Virus record (IMG/VR): IMGVR_UViG_3300009168_000013
Coordinates: 1 to 56,124 of that record
Reading direction: 5' to 3' (one strand)
DNA from: a virus
Taxonomy: Duplodnaviria; Caudoviricetes
DNA length: 56,124 nt
Below, piece by piece: positions 17,383 through 26,985 of this stretch (the first letter of the stretch is position 1; every line of letters starts with the position of its first letter). The notes below the pieces were generated by a model that saw only the letters and a program-made list of their open reading frames with translations, did not search any database and was not told the origin of the DNA. The translations under genes and the position numbers were made by a program.

Positions 17383-19484
17383 TGGGAGTGCTCTACGCCC
17401 GGGAGGGTGGCACCTGGGTCCCCATCAACGTCGGCGGGCCGAAGGGCGACCCGGGCACGCCTGGGGCGACGGGGCCTCCGGGCATGTCCTCCGCCCTCAC
17501 CTACACCTCGACCTGGCGCTGGCGGGCCGCCGTCATCTCCTCCGCCTCGCCCGGCCTGGTCGGCCTCAACAACGACGCTCCGGGCACGGCGACCCTCATG
17601 CACATCGCCGCCCGGGACACGCTCAACTTCGACTGGAGCATCACGGAGTTGGCCCTCCAGCCGGGCGACTACATCTACGTCCGCTCCGCCTCCGACCCGA
17701 CGCTGCGCTGGCGGACCTTCGTCGTCAACGGCGCCGCCATCAACAACGTCTCGTACATCTCCGTCCCCATCGCCACCGAGTCGCTCAGCGCGCAGGGCAC
17801 CGAGCCGATCGACGACGAGGTCGTCTACGTCGGCATGGCGATGGCGGCCTGGTCGCCTGCCGGGCTCCCGCCCAACGGCGGCCGGGAGTCGGTGTGGAAG
17901 TGGCAGACGGCCACCACGACGGCCCCGGTCGGCAACGGCGAGGTCGCCATGAACACCTCGTCCCCGGCGGCCGCCACCAACCTCTGGCTCCACCGCTCCG
18001 ACGTCTACAACACCTCGTTCGCCACCTTCCTCGCCACGCTGACCGCCGGGTGGAAGGTCCACGTCCGCCCGGTCGCCGACCCCTTCAAGGTCGGCTACGG
18101 CATGCAGTTCGACGTCACCGGGGCCGCCGTCGCGCAAGCCTCGAACAACTACACCATCCCGGTCGTGGCGACCGGCTCCCCCGGCGGGCTGGAGCCACTG
18201 GAGGACGCCGAGGTGTACGTCGGCTTCGTGCCGCCCGGCGTGCCCGGGCCTGCCGGGCCGGTCGTGCCGCTCGACTCCCTCACCGACGTCAACGCCCCCT
18301 CCCCGGCGGACTCCTCGGTGCTGACGTGGAACAACGCCTCGCAGACCTGGGTCGCCGCCTCGCCGCAGGTCGTCAACCTCAACCCGCTGGTGCTCCCCGA
18401 CGCTGTCGGCGTGGCCTACCCGGCGCTCCGGTTCGGCGCAGGCGACGGCTCCAACGGCACCAGCCCCAACCCGTACCACTACGAGTGGAACCTGCTCAAC
18501 GACACGCTGCGCCTGTTCTCCAACCGCCAGCCCGCCAAGGCGCTCGCCTCGTTCTACCGAGGGGCCGCCGACGTCGCCGAGTTCACCGTGCAGGACTGGA
18601 CGCTCCAGGCCTCCGCCACCGACGGCTACCTCCGATTCTTCTGGGGCGCCGACCGCACCGCCGCCGAGGGCTACATCAGCCAGGTGGGCGACTTCGGCGT
18701 CGGCCGCAACCTCATCGTGCCCGGCACCGCCACCGTCACCGGCCGGGTCCAGGCCAACGACCTCTACGCCACCGGCGGCTACCTCTACGGCAACGGCAAC
18801 CTCGTGGTGACGTCCAACGGCGGCGGCTATGTCGACGTGAACGCCTACAGCGGCCAGGCCTGCGTTCAGCCGGGCAACGCCTACGGCGTCGGCGCCCGGC
18901 CCAAGACCAGCATCACCTCGTACCCGCTCAGCGGCACGTATTGGGAACGGCCGCTGTCGATCCACCGGATCGGCGGGGCTGGCAACGTCGGCATGGGTTT
19001 CGCCGACCATACGACGGGCTGGACGAGCGGGCTCCAGATTCACAGTGACGGCACGCTCTACATGGGAGTCCTCAACGGCGACAACAGCGGCTACATCAAG
19101 TGCTACGCCTCGGCCTTCACGGTGCAGAGCAGCCGCCGGTTCAAGGCCGAGGTCGCACGGCTCGGCGCCCGGGCTCGCCAGGTGCTCGATCGGGTCGAGC
19201 CGGTGCTCTACCGGGACCTCCAGCACGAGTTGGCCTTCGGTGCTGACTCCACCGCTCCGCACCCCGACGGGACGCCTCGTGAGGCTCCGCTGGTCGAGCC
19301 TCGTTACCGCTTCGGGCTGGTCGCCGAGGAGGTCGAGGCAGCCGCCCCCGAACTGGTCGACCCGTCGCACCTCGGCCCCGGCATCGACCTCTCCGGCCTC
19401 GTCGCCGTGCTCTGGCAGGCCGTGCGCGACCTCTCGTCCGGGCTGGCGGCGGCGGAGGAGCGCCTCGCCGCCCTGGAGGCGTAG
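17382..19484 (+). CDS. Tail fibre with short collagen repeats and C-terminal intramolecular chaperone (peptidase S74)
   Basis: GPKGDPGTPGATGPPG; SSRRFK..GLVAEEV..IDLSGLVAVLWQAV coiled coil. Confidence 0.82.
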   Translation: MGVLYAREGGTWVPINVGGPKGDPGTPGATGPPGMSSALTYTSTWRWRAAVISSASPGLVGLNNDAPGTATLMHIAARDTLNFDWSITELALQPGDYIYVRSASDPTLRWRTFVVNGAAINNVSYISVPIATESLSAQGTEPIDDEVVYVGMAMAAWSPAGLPPNGGRESVWKWQTATTTAPVGNGEVAMNTSSPAAATNLWLHRSDVYNTSFATFLATLTAGWKVHVRPVADPFKVGYGMQFDVTGAAVAQASNNYTIPVVATGSPGGLEPLEDAEVYVGFVPPGVPGPAGPVVPLDSLTDVNAPSPADSSVLTWNNASQTWVAASPQVVNLNPLVLPDAVGVAYPALRFGAGDGSNGTSPNPYHYEWNLLNDTLRLFSNRQPAKALASFYRGAADVAEFTVQDWTLQASATDGYLRFFWGADRTAAEGYISQVGDFGVGRNLIVPGTATVTGRVQANDLYATGGYLYGNGNLVVTSNGGGYVDVNAYSGQACVQPGNAYGVGARPKTSITSYPLSGTYWERPLSIHRIGGAGNVGMGFADHTTGWTSGLQIHSDGTLYMGVLNGDNSGYIKCYASAFTVQSSRRFKAEVARLGARARQVLDRVEPVLYRDLQHELAFGADSTAPHPDGTPREAPLVEPRYRFGLVAEEVEAAAPELVDPSHLGPGIDLSGLVAVLWQAVRDLSSGLAAAEERLAALEA

Positions 19485-19493
19485 TCTCCGGCC

Positions 19494-19823
19494 ATGACCG
19501 CCTCCTCCATCTCCCGGGCCGCGCAGGACCCGGCGCTCCAGGCCCGGGTGCTGGCGATGGCCCACCGGGAGTTGATGTTCGACGAGGACAAGGCCACCTC
19601 CTCGTTCGGCAAGATGCTCGCCGCCGGGCAGGCCAACGCCTCCACGCTCATGTACCCGGTCGCCGTCGACACCGAGGCCGCCTACGAGACGGCCGTCAAC
19701 AGCGGCCGTGGCGCTCCGGGCCACGACCTCGACATCATCACCGACGCCGCCCTCACCTCCGCCATCAACGCCCACTGGCCCTGGGGGCCGGACGAGGGAC
19801 CCAACGCCCCCGGCGCTGGCTGA
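19494..19823 (+). CDS. Tail-associated hypothetical protein
   Basis: Leaderless after TAGTCT; ITDA.L..A...W C-terminus. Confidence 0.65.
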   Translation: MTASSISRAAQDPALQARVLAMAHRELMFDEDKATSSFGKMLAAGQANASTLMYPVAVDTEAAYETAVNSGRGAPGHDLDIITDAALTSAINAHWPWGPDEGPNAPGAG

Positions 19824-19837
19824 TCTAGGCTCGCCGC

Positions 19838-20671
19838 ATGGCCTACCCTGCGCCGCTCGCCGACCTCGTCCCCCGGGTGACCCAGGTGCAGGCGGCCTGG
19901 GGCAATGCTGTCCGCAACCGCCTCGTCCACATCTTCGGCACCGCCCAGGACCGTGACGTCGCCCTCGGTGCGGGGCTCCCCGGCAACATCGCGTACACCT
20001 CCGGCAACCAGGTGTTCTGGTTCCGCTCGGCCGACCGCTGGGTCGGCCTCCAGTTCCAGGCGGAGTGGCTCCACCTCCTCAACCAGAGCCTCACCGTGAA
20101 CGCCCTCGGCGGCAACCAGCGGCTCTCGCTCAACGTCGTCGGCTCCGTCCAGGCCCAACGCTCCCGGGGCGCCGGGGCGGCGGGCGACTGGACCTCGGCG
20201 CAGTACATCGCCTACGACGGGACCGGCGTGGCGAGCATCGCCCTGCACTGTGGCTCGGCCGCCCCGCAGATGCAGACGTTCGTCAACTTCGGCAACCGGG
20301 TGTCCTTCGTCGACTCCACCAACACGATCTACGTGCCCTGCGTAGCGGCCTCGTTCAGCGTCGGCTCCGCTGACCGCTTCAAGGAGCAGGTCGCCCCCTA
20401 CGAGGGGGAGGCCTCCGTCGTGGACGCCCTGGAGGTCATCGAGTGGGACCCGGTGCCCGCTCGCCGTGACGCCACCCTCGACACTCAGCCGCCTCGGGAG
20501 GCCCGCCGTCTCGGCTTCCGGGCGGCCAACGTCGCCGCCGTGCTCCCGGTCGCCGTCTCCAGCGACGAGAACGATGAGCCGGTCGCCGTCGACCTGGCCG
20601 CCCTCCTCGCCGTCGCCGTCGCCGAACTCAAGGCGCTGCGCGCACGAGTGGCTGCCCTGGAAGGCGCCTGA
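19838..20671 (+). CDS. Second short tail fibre with S74 chaperone domain
   Basis: SADRFKE..LGFRA..VDLAALLAVAVAELKAL. Confidence 0.72.
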   Translation: MAYPAPLADLVPRVTQVQAAWGNAVRNRLVHIFGTAQDRDVALGAGLPGNIAYTSGNQVFWFRSADRWVGLQFQAEWLHLLNQSLTVNALGGNQRLSLNVVGSVQAQRSRGAGAAGDWTSAQYIAYDGTGVASIALHCGSAAPQMQTFVNFGNRVSFVDSTNTIYVPCVAASFSVGSADRFKEQVAPYEGEASVVDALEVIEWDPVPARRDATLDTQPPREARRLGFRAANVAAVLPVAVSSDENDEPVAVDLAALLAVAVAELKALRARVAALEGA

Positions 20672-20693
20672 CCTCTCGGCTAGGCTGCTCCCC

Positions 20694-20756
20694 GGGCATA
20701 GGGGCCGGGTGAGACGCAGGCGTCGTGGTCATCGTCTCCCCGGCCCTGGCTCGCCC
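20694..20756 (+). terminator. Long stem-loop after the tail module (terminator or small RNA)
   Basis: GGGCCGGG-T-GAGACG pairs with CGTCTC-CCCGGCCC; a TAGGCT box lies at 20681-86. Confidence 0.5.
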
Positions 20757-20788
20757 TGGCGCTCCCGCCCTCCGGCGGCTAGGCTCTC

Positions 20789-21289
20789 GTGATGGATCAC
20801 GACGCCTTGCTCGCCACGCTCTCGGCCACGGTCGCCGCCCTCGACGACCCGGCCGCCCTTGACCTCTCCGCCACCGACCTCGCCTTCATCGTGGCGGGCA
20901 TCGACGACGCTCTCCGCTCCCTCGCCAACGTCCGCTCGCTGCTGGTCAACGAGTTGACGGTCATCGCCGACGCCTGGCCGATCCTCCTGCCCGACGGCCG
21001 CCGCCTGGCCTACGACCCGGGCTCCCCGGGCTGGAAGATGGAGAAGGCCCAGGCGGAGCGCCTCGTCTCCGATGCCCGCTCCGCCATCGTCCAGCGCCTC
21101 GCCCTCGACCGCTCCACCGGCGAGGTGAACCCGGTCGTGCGCTCCATCGCCAACGAGGCCCTCGGCGAGATGCTGGCCCACTTCGCCGTCTCGCCCCGGT
21201 GGACCGGCATGGACGCCCTCGTCGGCGACCTCGACCAGTACCGCTCCCGCAAGCCGGGCACCTCCAAGATCGTCGTGGAGGCCTTCTGA
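20789..21289 (+). CDS. Hypothetical protein (recombination module)
   Basis: Leaderless after GGCGGC-TAGGCT; coupled to ERF. Confidence 0.7.
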   Translation: MMDHDALLATLSATVAALDDPAALDLSATDLAFIVAGIDDALRSLANVRSLLVNELTVIADAWPILLPDGRRLAYDPGSPGWKMEKAQAERLVSDARSAIVQRLALDRSTGEVNPVVRSIANEALGEMLAHFAVSPRWTGMDALVGDLDQYRSRKPGTSKIVVEAF

Positions 21290-22044
21290 TGGCCGCTGCG
21301 CCCTCGTCGTCGCCCGAGCCCGCTCCCGCCCCGGAGACGGCACCTGAGGCCCCTCTGAGCCATCCGAACGTGGAGGCCGCCTTCGTGGCCTTCGCCGCCG
21401 ACGTCGTGACCATCCCGCAGGACAAGGTCGCCGTGGTCGAGACTCGCTCGGGAGGGTCGTACACCTACCGCTACGCCGACCTGGCCGACGTGCTGGCCTC
21501 GGTGCGCCCGCTCCTCGCCCGCCACGGCCTCGCCCTCACCCAGGACGTCCGCACCGTCGACCGCTCGGTGGAGGTGACGACCTTCGTGCTCCACGTCTCG
21601 GGCGGCTCCCTGGCCTTCGGGCCGCTGGCCCTCCCGCTGGGCGACACGCCGCAGGGCACCGGCTCCGCCATCACCTACGCCCGGCGCTACGCCGTGCTCG
21701 CCGCCCTGGGCCTCGCCACCGAGGAGGACGACGACGGCCGGGCCGCTGCGCCCCGCTCCAACGGCACCGCCGCCCCGGCCCCGGCCCGGCGGGGCACCGC
21801 CAAGCGCGCAACGGGCTCGGGCTCCCGAGGGGAGGACGGCTCCAACCTGGCTCCCGGCGTCGGCAACCTCATCAACGCCCTCAACGGCATCAACCCTCCG
21901 GCGGCTCGGGCCTCGGCGATGCGGGACTTCCTCGCCACGTTCGGCACGCCCTCGTCGCTGGCGCCCGAGAGGGTGGCCGAGGCCGCCGAGTGGGTCGCCG
22001 AGCGGATCGACGCCCCGACCGAGGGCGACGGCGGCGGCTACTGA
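21289..22044 (+). CDS. ERF-family single-strand annealing protein
   Basis: Y.YADLADV, GSAITYARRY and EDDDG motifs. Confidence 0.9.
   Translation: MAAAPSSSPEPAPAPETAPEAPLSHPNVEAAFVAFAADVVTIPQDKVAVVETRSGGSYTYRYADLADVLASVRPLLARHGLALTQDVRTVDRSVEVTTFVLHVSGGSLAFGPLALPLGDTPQGTGSAITYARRYAVLAALGLATEEDDDGRAAAPRSNGTAAPAPARRGTAKRATGSGSRGEDGSNLAPGVGNLINALNGINPPAARASAMRDFLATFGTPSSLAPERVAEAAEWVAERIDAPTEGDGGGY
21334..21356 (+). repeat. 23-bp dispersed motif, copy 2
   Basis: gagacggcacctgaggcccctct. Confidence 0.7.
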
Positions 22045-22096
22045 GCCGTTCGGCCTGGTGGCGCACACGCCGCCGGGCGGCTAGGGTGGGCCTCCT

Positions 22097-23257
22097 ATGA
22101 CCACGACCCCGCTCGACTACGAGCATCCGATCCTGCGGAACGCTGCCCTCCCCGACCTCCGGGCGGCCCTCTCCGACCTCCACACCCTGCGGGACGACTC
22201 CATCGTCCCCGCCCGGGACCTCGCCCTCGACGGCTCCACCGATCGCCCGCTGGCGACGGTGCCCTACCCGACGCTCGACGACGACGGCGTCGGCCTGGGC
22301 CGCTTCATCGCCGGGATCGGCCCGGCCGCTCACGAGCACCTGGCCGACCGCACCCGCATCCCGCTCGCCTACTGGCGGCGCATGGCGGCGGAGGCCCCGG
22401 CGCTCCTGGCGGAGAACGCCAACCACTGGCTCGCCCTCGACGACCGCCTCGTCATGGTGCGCGCACTCCGGCGGCCCGACGAGAACGGCGGCTACCTGCG
22501 GGCCGTGCTCTCCAACCGCTACGCCGTCATCGACTCGCTCGACGTGATGATGGCCGCCCTCTCCGGCGTCCGCTCCACCGGGCTCGACCCGGGCGGCCTG
22601 ATCGTGGACGGCGACCTCTCGGAGCGCAACTTCCGCCTCCGCATCACCGCCCCGCAGATCGGCATGGAGGTCCCCGCCCTGCTCTCCCGCTACCGGGACC
22701 CGGCCACCGGCAACGACGACGACCGGGGCCTCGTCTGGGCCGGGCTGGTCATCGGCAACTCTGAGGTCGGCGGCGGGGCCTTCACGGTCACCCCGCGCAT
22801 CGTCGTGCGAGTCTGCTCCAACGGCATGACCCGCCCGTTCGACGCCCTGCGGGCCGTCCACGTCGGCGGCCGCATGGACGAGGGGCCGGTCGTCTGGTCG
22901 GCCGACACCCAGCGCATCGCCCTCGACCTCGTGGAGGCCAAGACCCGGGACGCCGTCGCCGCCTACCTCTCCCCCGGCTACCTGGCCCGGGTGCTGGTCG
23001 ATTGGGAGCAGGCGGCCGGTGTGCGGCTCTCCTCCCCGGCCGACACGCTGGCCTCGGTCGGCAAGGCGCTCACCTACTCCGACGCCCAGCAGGACGCCAT
23101 CATGGCGGCCTTCGTCTCCGGCGGCGACGTCTCCGCCTTCGGTGTGGCGCAGGCCGTGACGTTCGTGGCGGGCCAGTTGCTCGACCCGGACGCCGCCTCG
23201 GCCCTGGAGGACTCCGCCCACGAGGCGATGCGGCTGGCGGCCATCCATGCCGCATGA
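22097..23257 (+). CDS. DUF932-like protein
   Basis: RAVLSNRY..ID, NSEVGGGA and RVCSNGM..HVG motifs. Confidence 0.75.
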   Translation: MTTTPLDYEHPILRNAALPDLRAALSDLHTLRDDSIVPARDLALDGSTDRPLATVPYPTLDDDGVGLGRFIAGIGPAAHEHLADRTRIPLAYWRRMAAEAPALLAENANHWLALDDRLVMVRALRRPDENGGYLRAVLSNRYAVIDSLDVMMAALSGVRSTGLDPGGLIVDGDLSERNFRLRITAPQIGMEVPALLSRYRDPATGNDDDRGLVWAGLVIGNSEVGGGAFTVTPRIVVRVCSNGMTRPFDALRAVHVGGRMDEGPVVWSADTQRIALDLVEAKTRDAVAAYLSPGYLARVLVDWEQAAGVRLSSPADTLASVGKALTYSDAQQDAIMAAFVSGGDVSAFGVAQAVTFVAGQLLDPDAASALEDSAHEAMRLAAIHAA

Positions 23258-23459
23258 CTTCACCGACCTCTCCCCGGTCGAGGCTCAGCAGTTGGCCTCC
23301 GCCCTGACGGCCCGGGTCACCCTGCTGGAGGAACGGCTTGCCCTCCGCCCGACGCCCCTCGACCAGGACGCCCTGCTGTCGTGCAAGGCGCTCCGGGTGG
23401 CGGCTCTCGATGCGATGGCCCAGCACGCCGTCGCCCTCGCCGCTCGCCATGCCCGCTGA
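23247..23459 (+). CDS. Hypothetical protein
   Basis: Overlapping ORF in the operon. Confidence 0.5.
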   Translation: MPHDFTDLSPVEAQQLASALTARVTLLEERLALRPTPLDQDALLSCKALRVAALDAMAQHAVALAARHAR

Positions 23460-23601
23460 CCCCGACCTCAACATCACCCTGGAGGAGGCTGTCGAGGTGG
23501 CTCTGGCCACCGAGGCCCTTCCCCAACGGATCGCCGCCGGGAGGACCGTGCGCCTCGTGCCACGCTCCCGGCGCCCCTACGACTGGCAGCGTGACGAGTA
23601 G
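23449..23601 (+). CDS. Hypothetical protein
   Basis: Overlapping ORF in the operon. Confidence 0.45.
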   Translation: MPADPDLNITLEEAVEVALATEALPQRIAAGRTVRLVPRSRRPYDWQRDE

Positions 23602-23672
23602 GGAGCGTGGCGCTCCCTCGGCAGGGTTCGGTAGACCGCCCTTCCCCGCCTCACTCCACCGCAGCCAGTCCG

Positions 23673-23717
23673 GCGGCCCCGCCCACGGTGCTCTCACAAT
23701 CACCCGGGCGGGGCCGC
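23673..23717 (+). terminator. Intrinsic terminator-like hairpin
   Basis: GCGGCCCCGCCC / GGGCGGGGCCGC perfect 12-bp stem, tail TCTGCGCG. Confidence 0.65.
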
Positions 23718-23742
23718 TCTGCGCGTACCCTCGGAGGCTGTT

Positions 23743-24003
23743 GTGGACCTGATCGTGCTCTGCTCCTGGTGCTCCGCCCCGGCGACCCGGGTGGAGGGCT
23801 CTGCGGCTCTCTGCGGGCCGTCGTGCCCCGCCCGGCCACTCCCGCCGCCCCCGGTCGACCTGGCTGCCGTGGCGGGCCTCCTGGGCCGCTCTCCGGCGCC
23901 CTGCACCTCCTGCGGGGCCGTCCACTTCCTCCCGCCCCGGCAGACGACGGGCCGCCGCTGCCTGCTCACCCCCGGCTGCGACGGCTGGCACCGTGTCCGC
24001 TGA
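23743..24003 (+). CDS. Cys-rich Zn-binding protein
   Basis: SD GGAGG; several CxxC pairs. Confidence 0.55.
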   Translation: MDLIVLCSWCSAPATRVEGSAALCGPSCPARPLPPPPVDLAAVAGLLGRSPAPCTSCGAVHFLPPRQTTGRRCLLTPGCDGWHRVR

Positions 24004-25012
24004 GCGCCTCGCCGGGACGCTGACCGGCTGGGAGGCCCTCGCCCGGGCCGTCACCCCGGTCCACGTCCTCGGCGGCCACCCCGTCAAGCGTGACGACCTG
24101 TTCGCCCCGCTCGGCGTCGGCTCGATCAACGGCTCGAAGTTGCGCCAGTTGCTCTACCTCGTCGGCCATGCTGCGCGCAACGGGGCGGACGGGATCGTGA
24201 CGGCGGCCTCGGTCCTCTCGCCGCAGGTCCCGATGACCGCTGCTGTCGCCGCCCACTTCGGCCTCCCCTGCCACATCATCCTCGGCGGGACGGTGCTGGA
24301 GCGGGCTCGCCGCAACCCGGGAGTCGCCCTGGCGGAGTCGTTCGGCGCCACCTTCGGCTTCACCTCGGTCGGCTACAACCCGGCGCTCCAGGCGGCCTGC
24401 CGACGGGCTCTCGACGAGCGCCCGGGCTGGTCGAGGGTCCCTTACGCGATCAGCCTGCCCGAGCGGGGCGACATCGGCGACATCGAGGCACTCGGCGACA
24501 TCGGCGACTTCCACCGGCTAGGCGCGCAACAGGTGGCGAACCTGGGCGACGTCCGCACGCTCTACGTCCCCTTCGGCTCCGGCAACTCTGCGGCCTCGAT
24601 CCTCTACGGCCTCGCCCTCGCCCCCGAGACGGCCGTGGAGAAGGTCGTCCTGGTCGGTGTGGGTCCGTCTCGCCTCGACTGGCTGGCACGGCGCCTGGGG
24701 ACGCTGAGCGCCCTCTCCGGGGCCGACGTGGAGGGCTGGCTCGCCCGGGTCGAGCATCACGACCTGCACGGCCTCGGCCTCGTCGCCTACCACGACCGCC
24801 GGGTCGCCTCCCTGGGCGGCCTGCGCCTGCACCCGACCTACGAGGGCAAGGTGCTCTGGTGGCTCCGCAAGCACGCCGACCCGGCCTCGCCGTGGCACCG
24901 TGACCCCCGGGGCTCCGGCCTCTGGGTCGTCGGCTCGGAGCCTGTTGCGCCCCGCCAGCCCGCCGTGCGAAAGTCGACGGGCCGCCCCCGCAGGGACGGC
25001 CCAACCGACTGA
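23993..25012 (+). CDS. PLP-dependent enzyme (fold type II), of the class seen in phage thymidine hypermodification
   Basis: VKRDDLFAPLG.GSINGSKLRQL (PLP lysine), PFGSGNS and LHPTYEGK motifs. Confidence 0.82.
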   Translation: MSAERLAGTLTGWEALARAVTPVHVLGGHPVKRDDLFAPLGVGSINGSKLRQLLYLVGHAARNGADGIVTAASVLSPQVPMTAAVAAHFGLPCHIILGGTVLERARRNPGVALAESFGATFGFTSVGYNPALQAACRRALDERPGWSRVPYAISLPERGDIGDIEALGDIGDFHRLGAQQVANLGDVRTLYVPFGSGNSAASILYGLALAPETAVEKVVLVGVGPSRLDWLARRLGTLSALSGADVEGWLARVEHHDLHGLGLVAYHDRRVASLGGLRLHPTYEGKVLWWLRKHADPASPWHRDPRGSGLWVVGSEPVAPRQPAVRKSTGRPRRDGPTD

Positions 25013-25344
25013 CCATCATTCTGGGACCTACAACCCGATGGTCAGGGTAACAGGCGGGCCTCGCCGCCGCCACCCGGATATGGCCTCCGGCCCGGCTCTC
25101 GCCGGTGTCACACCCGTCGTAGGGGAAACGACGGCTGTCCGCAGTTGCGCCGTGGATGCCGGAGCGTGGCAGCCGTCATGGGGGAGGGGGATCAGGGGGA
25201 GGGGGACTCGGTGCCCTGCACGTCTCGCTGGCCCTCCCCCTGGTCTGGACCGAACCGACGGGGCATCTCTCCGTAGGCCGTCTGACCCAGCCGGGGCTCC
25301 GGCCGGGCGGCTAGGCTCCGGCCGCTGACTCCCGAAGGAAACCG

Positions 25345-26595
25345 ATGCAACTACGCCGAGGTGCCGCCCTGCTCTCCCTCTCCGGCGTGCTGCTCTGGGG
25401 GGCCTCGTCGGCGGCTCTCGCTGGTGGCTCCGAGCCCGACGTCGTCGTGGAGACGGTCGGCGAGGACCACTACCCGACGACGACGCATGAGCCGTCCACC
25501 GCCCCGACGGAGCCCTCCACCGCCCCGACCGAGCCGACCACGAGCCCGACGACGGAGCCTCCCGGCACCAACCCGCTCACTGTCCCCACCACGGCGGGCT
25601 CCACCACCACGGTCGAGGGCTCCCCGACCTCGGTGGAGCGCAAGGTCACCATCTGCCACCTGCCCCCGGGCAACCCGCCGAACTTCCAGATCATCGAGAT
25701 CGGCGTCTCGGCGCTCCCGGCCCACCTCGCGCACGGCGATATCTTCCCGGTGCCCGCCTCCGGCATCTGCTTCGTGCCGCCCACCACGACGCTCCCGGTC
25801 GGCACCAACCCGCTCACCGTCCCCACCGGCCCCACCACCTCCACGCTCCCCGGGGCGACCACCACCCTGCCCGGCGGCTCCACCACGGCTCCTCCCGGCA
25901 CCAACCCGCTGACGGTGCCCACCGGCCCGACGACGCTGCCCGGGGCGACGACGCTCCCCGGCGCCACCACGACGGCGCCCTTCGCCGACACGCTCTCCCT
26001 CGGCTCCGTCGCCTCGACGTGCTCGCGCAACGTGCCCTTCATCGACATCACCTTCGGCAACCAGCCGCAACTCAACGGCCTGGTCGGCACCATCACCTTC
26101 ACGACGCTGGACGGCGACTTCGTGGAGACGGTGGAGGTCGTCTACCAGGCCAACACGACGCTGCGCCTCCTCTACCCCGGGGCGGAGATTGACCCGCTCA
26201 CCGGGGAGGCCACGGACTGGCCCGGCTGGCGCCTCAACGACGACGGCTTCTGGGTCCTCGACTCCTCCGACGCCGAGTTCAGGGACGGCCTCGTCGTCTC
26301 CGCCTCGCTGCCCATCCCGCTCGGCGGCCTCGGTCAGAGCCTCCCTCGGCAGGTCCCCGGGGAGACGCTGACGGCCACGGCGATCGTCTCGTACCCGCCG
26401 GAGACGTCGGCCTGCGCCTCGCCGGACGGCCCCTTCCCGCCGGGCGGAGCGACGGCGGCCGAGGGGACCCTGTTCTCGACGCTGCCGGAGACGGGGCGCA
26501 ACTTCGGCCTGCTGCTGCTGGCGGCCGGGCTCCTGGGCCTGCTGGGGCTGGGGCTCCGCAACCTCGACCGTGAGGACGAGCAGCACCCCCTCTAG
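25345..26595 (+). CDS. Secreted Thr/Pro-rich surface protein with LPETG sorting signal
   Basis: N-terminal signal peptide; three GTNPLTVPT repeats; LPETG followed by a hydrophobic helix and charged tail. Confidence 0.8.
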   Translation: MQLRRGAALLSLSGVLLWGASSAALAGGSEPDVVVETVGEDHYPTTTHEPSTAPTEPSTAPTEPTTSPTTEPPGTNPLTVPTTAGSTTTVEGSPTSVERKVTICHLPPGNPPNFQIIEIGVSALPAHLAHGDIFPVPASGICFVPPTTTLPVGTNPLTVPTGPTTSTLPGATTTLPGGSTTAPPGTNPLTVPTGPTTLPGATTLPGATTTAPFADTLSLGSVASTCSRNVPFIDITFGNQPQLNGLVGTITFTTLDGDFVETVEVVYQANTTLRLLYPGAEIDPLTGEATDWPGWRLNDDGFWVLDSSDAEFRDGLVVSASLPIPLGGLGQSLPRQVPGETLTATAIVSYPPETSACASPDGPFPPGGATAAEGTLFSTLPETGRNFGLLLLAAGLLGLLGLGLRNLDREDEQHPL

Positions 26596-26673
26596 GTCGT
26601 TCGGCCCCTTCGCGCAGAATCTTCGTCGATCAGGTTGTCTGCCCGCCGGGTGGCGGCTAGTCTGATCTACATG
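26594..26673 (+). promoter_or_regulatory. Conserved promoter repeat, copy 2
   Basis: GTCGTTCGGC 26596-605; TTGTCT 26635-40; 17 bp; TAGTCT 26658-63; ATG 26671. Confidence 0.85.
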
Positions 26674-26985
26674 ACCACGACCACCTTCATCCTCCGCCCC
26701 GGCACCTCGGCCATCGGCCCGGTGTTCCGCATCTTCGCCGGTACCAACTCCGTCGAGTTCTTCGACTTCCCCTCGGCCCGCTCCGCCCTGGTCGCCCTGA
26801 CCACCGGCGCCATCTCCTGGGACGACCTCCTGTTCGACCTCTACGGCTCCGGCCCCGACGACGTCGGCTGCGAGTGCGAACTGGATTGGCGCTGCGGCCT
26901 CCACGCCGGGATGCACACCCCGCTGGAACTCATCAACGACGCCTTCGCCACGGCCGAGGCCGACCTCGATCGGTACGGCTTCTGA
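26671..26985 (+). CDS. Hypothetical protein (leaderless)
   Basis: ATG 7 nt after the -10 box. Confidence 0.7.
   Translation: MTTTTFILRPGTSAIGPVFRIFAGTNSVEFFDFPSARSALVALTTGAISWDDLLFDLYGSGPDDVGCECELDWRCGLHAGMHTPLELINDAFATAEADLDRYGF

Noticed and set aside
23993-25012. ACC deaminase / D-cysteine desulfhydrase as an auxiliary metabolic gene
   Set aside because: The motifs and the co-occurring transferase and kinase fit the phage DNA-modification PLP clade better.
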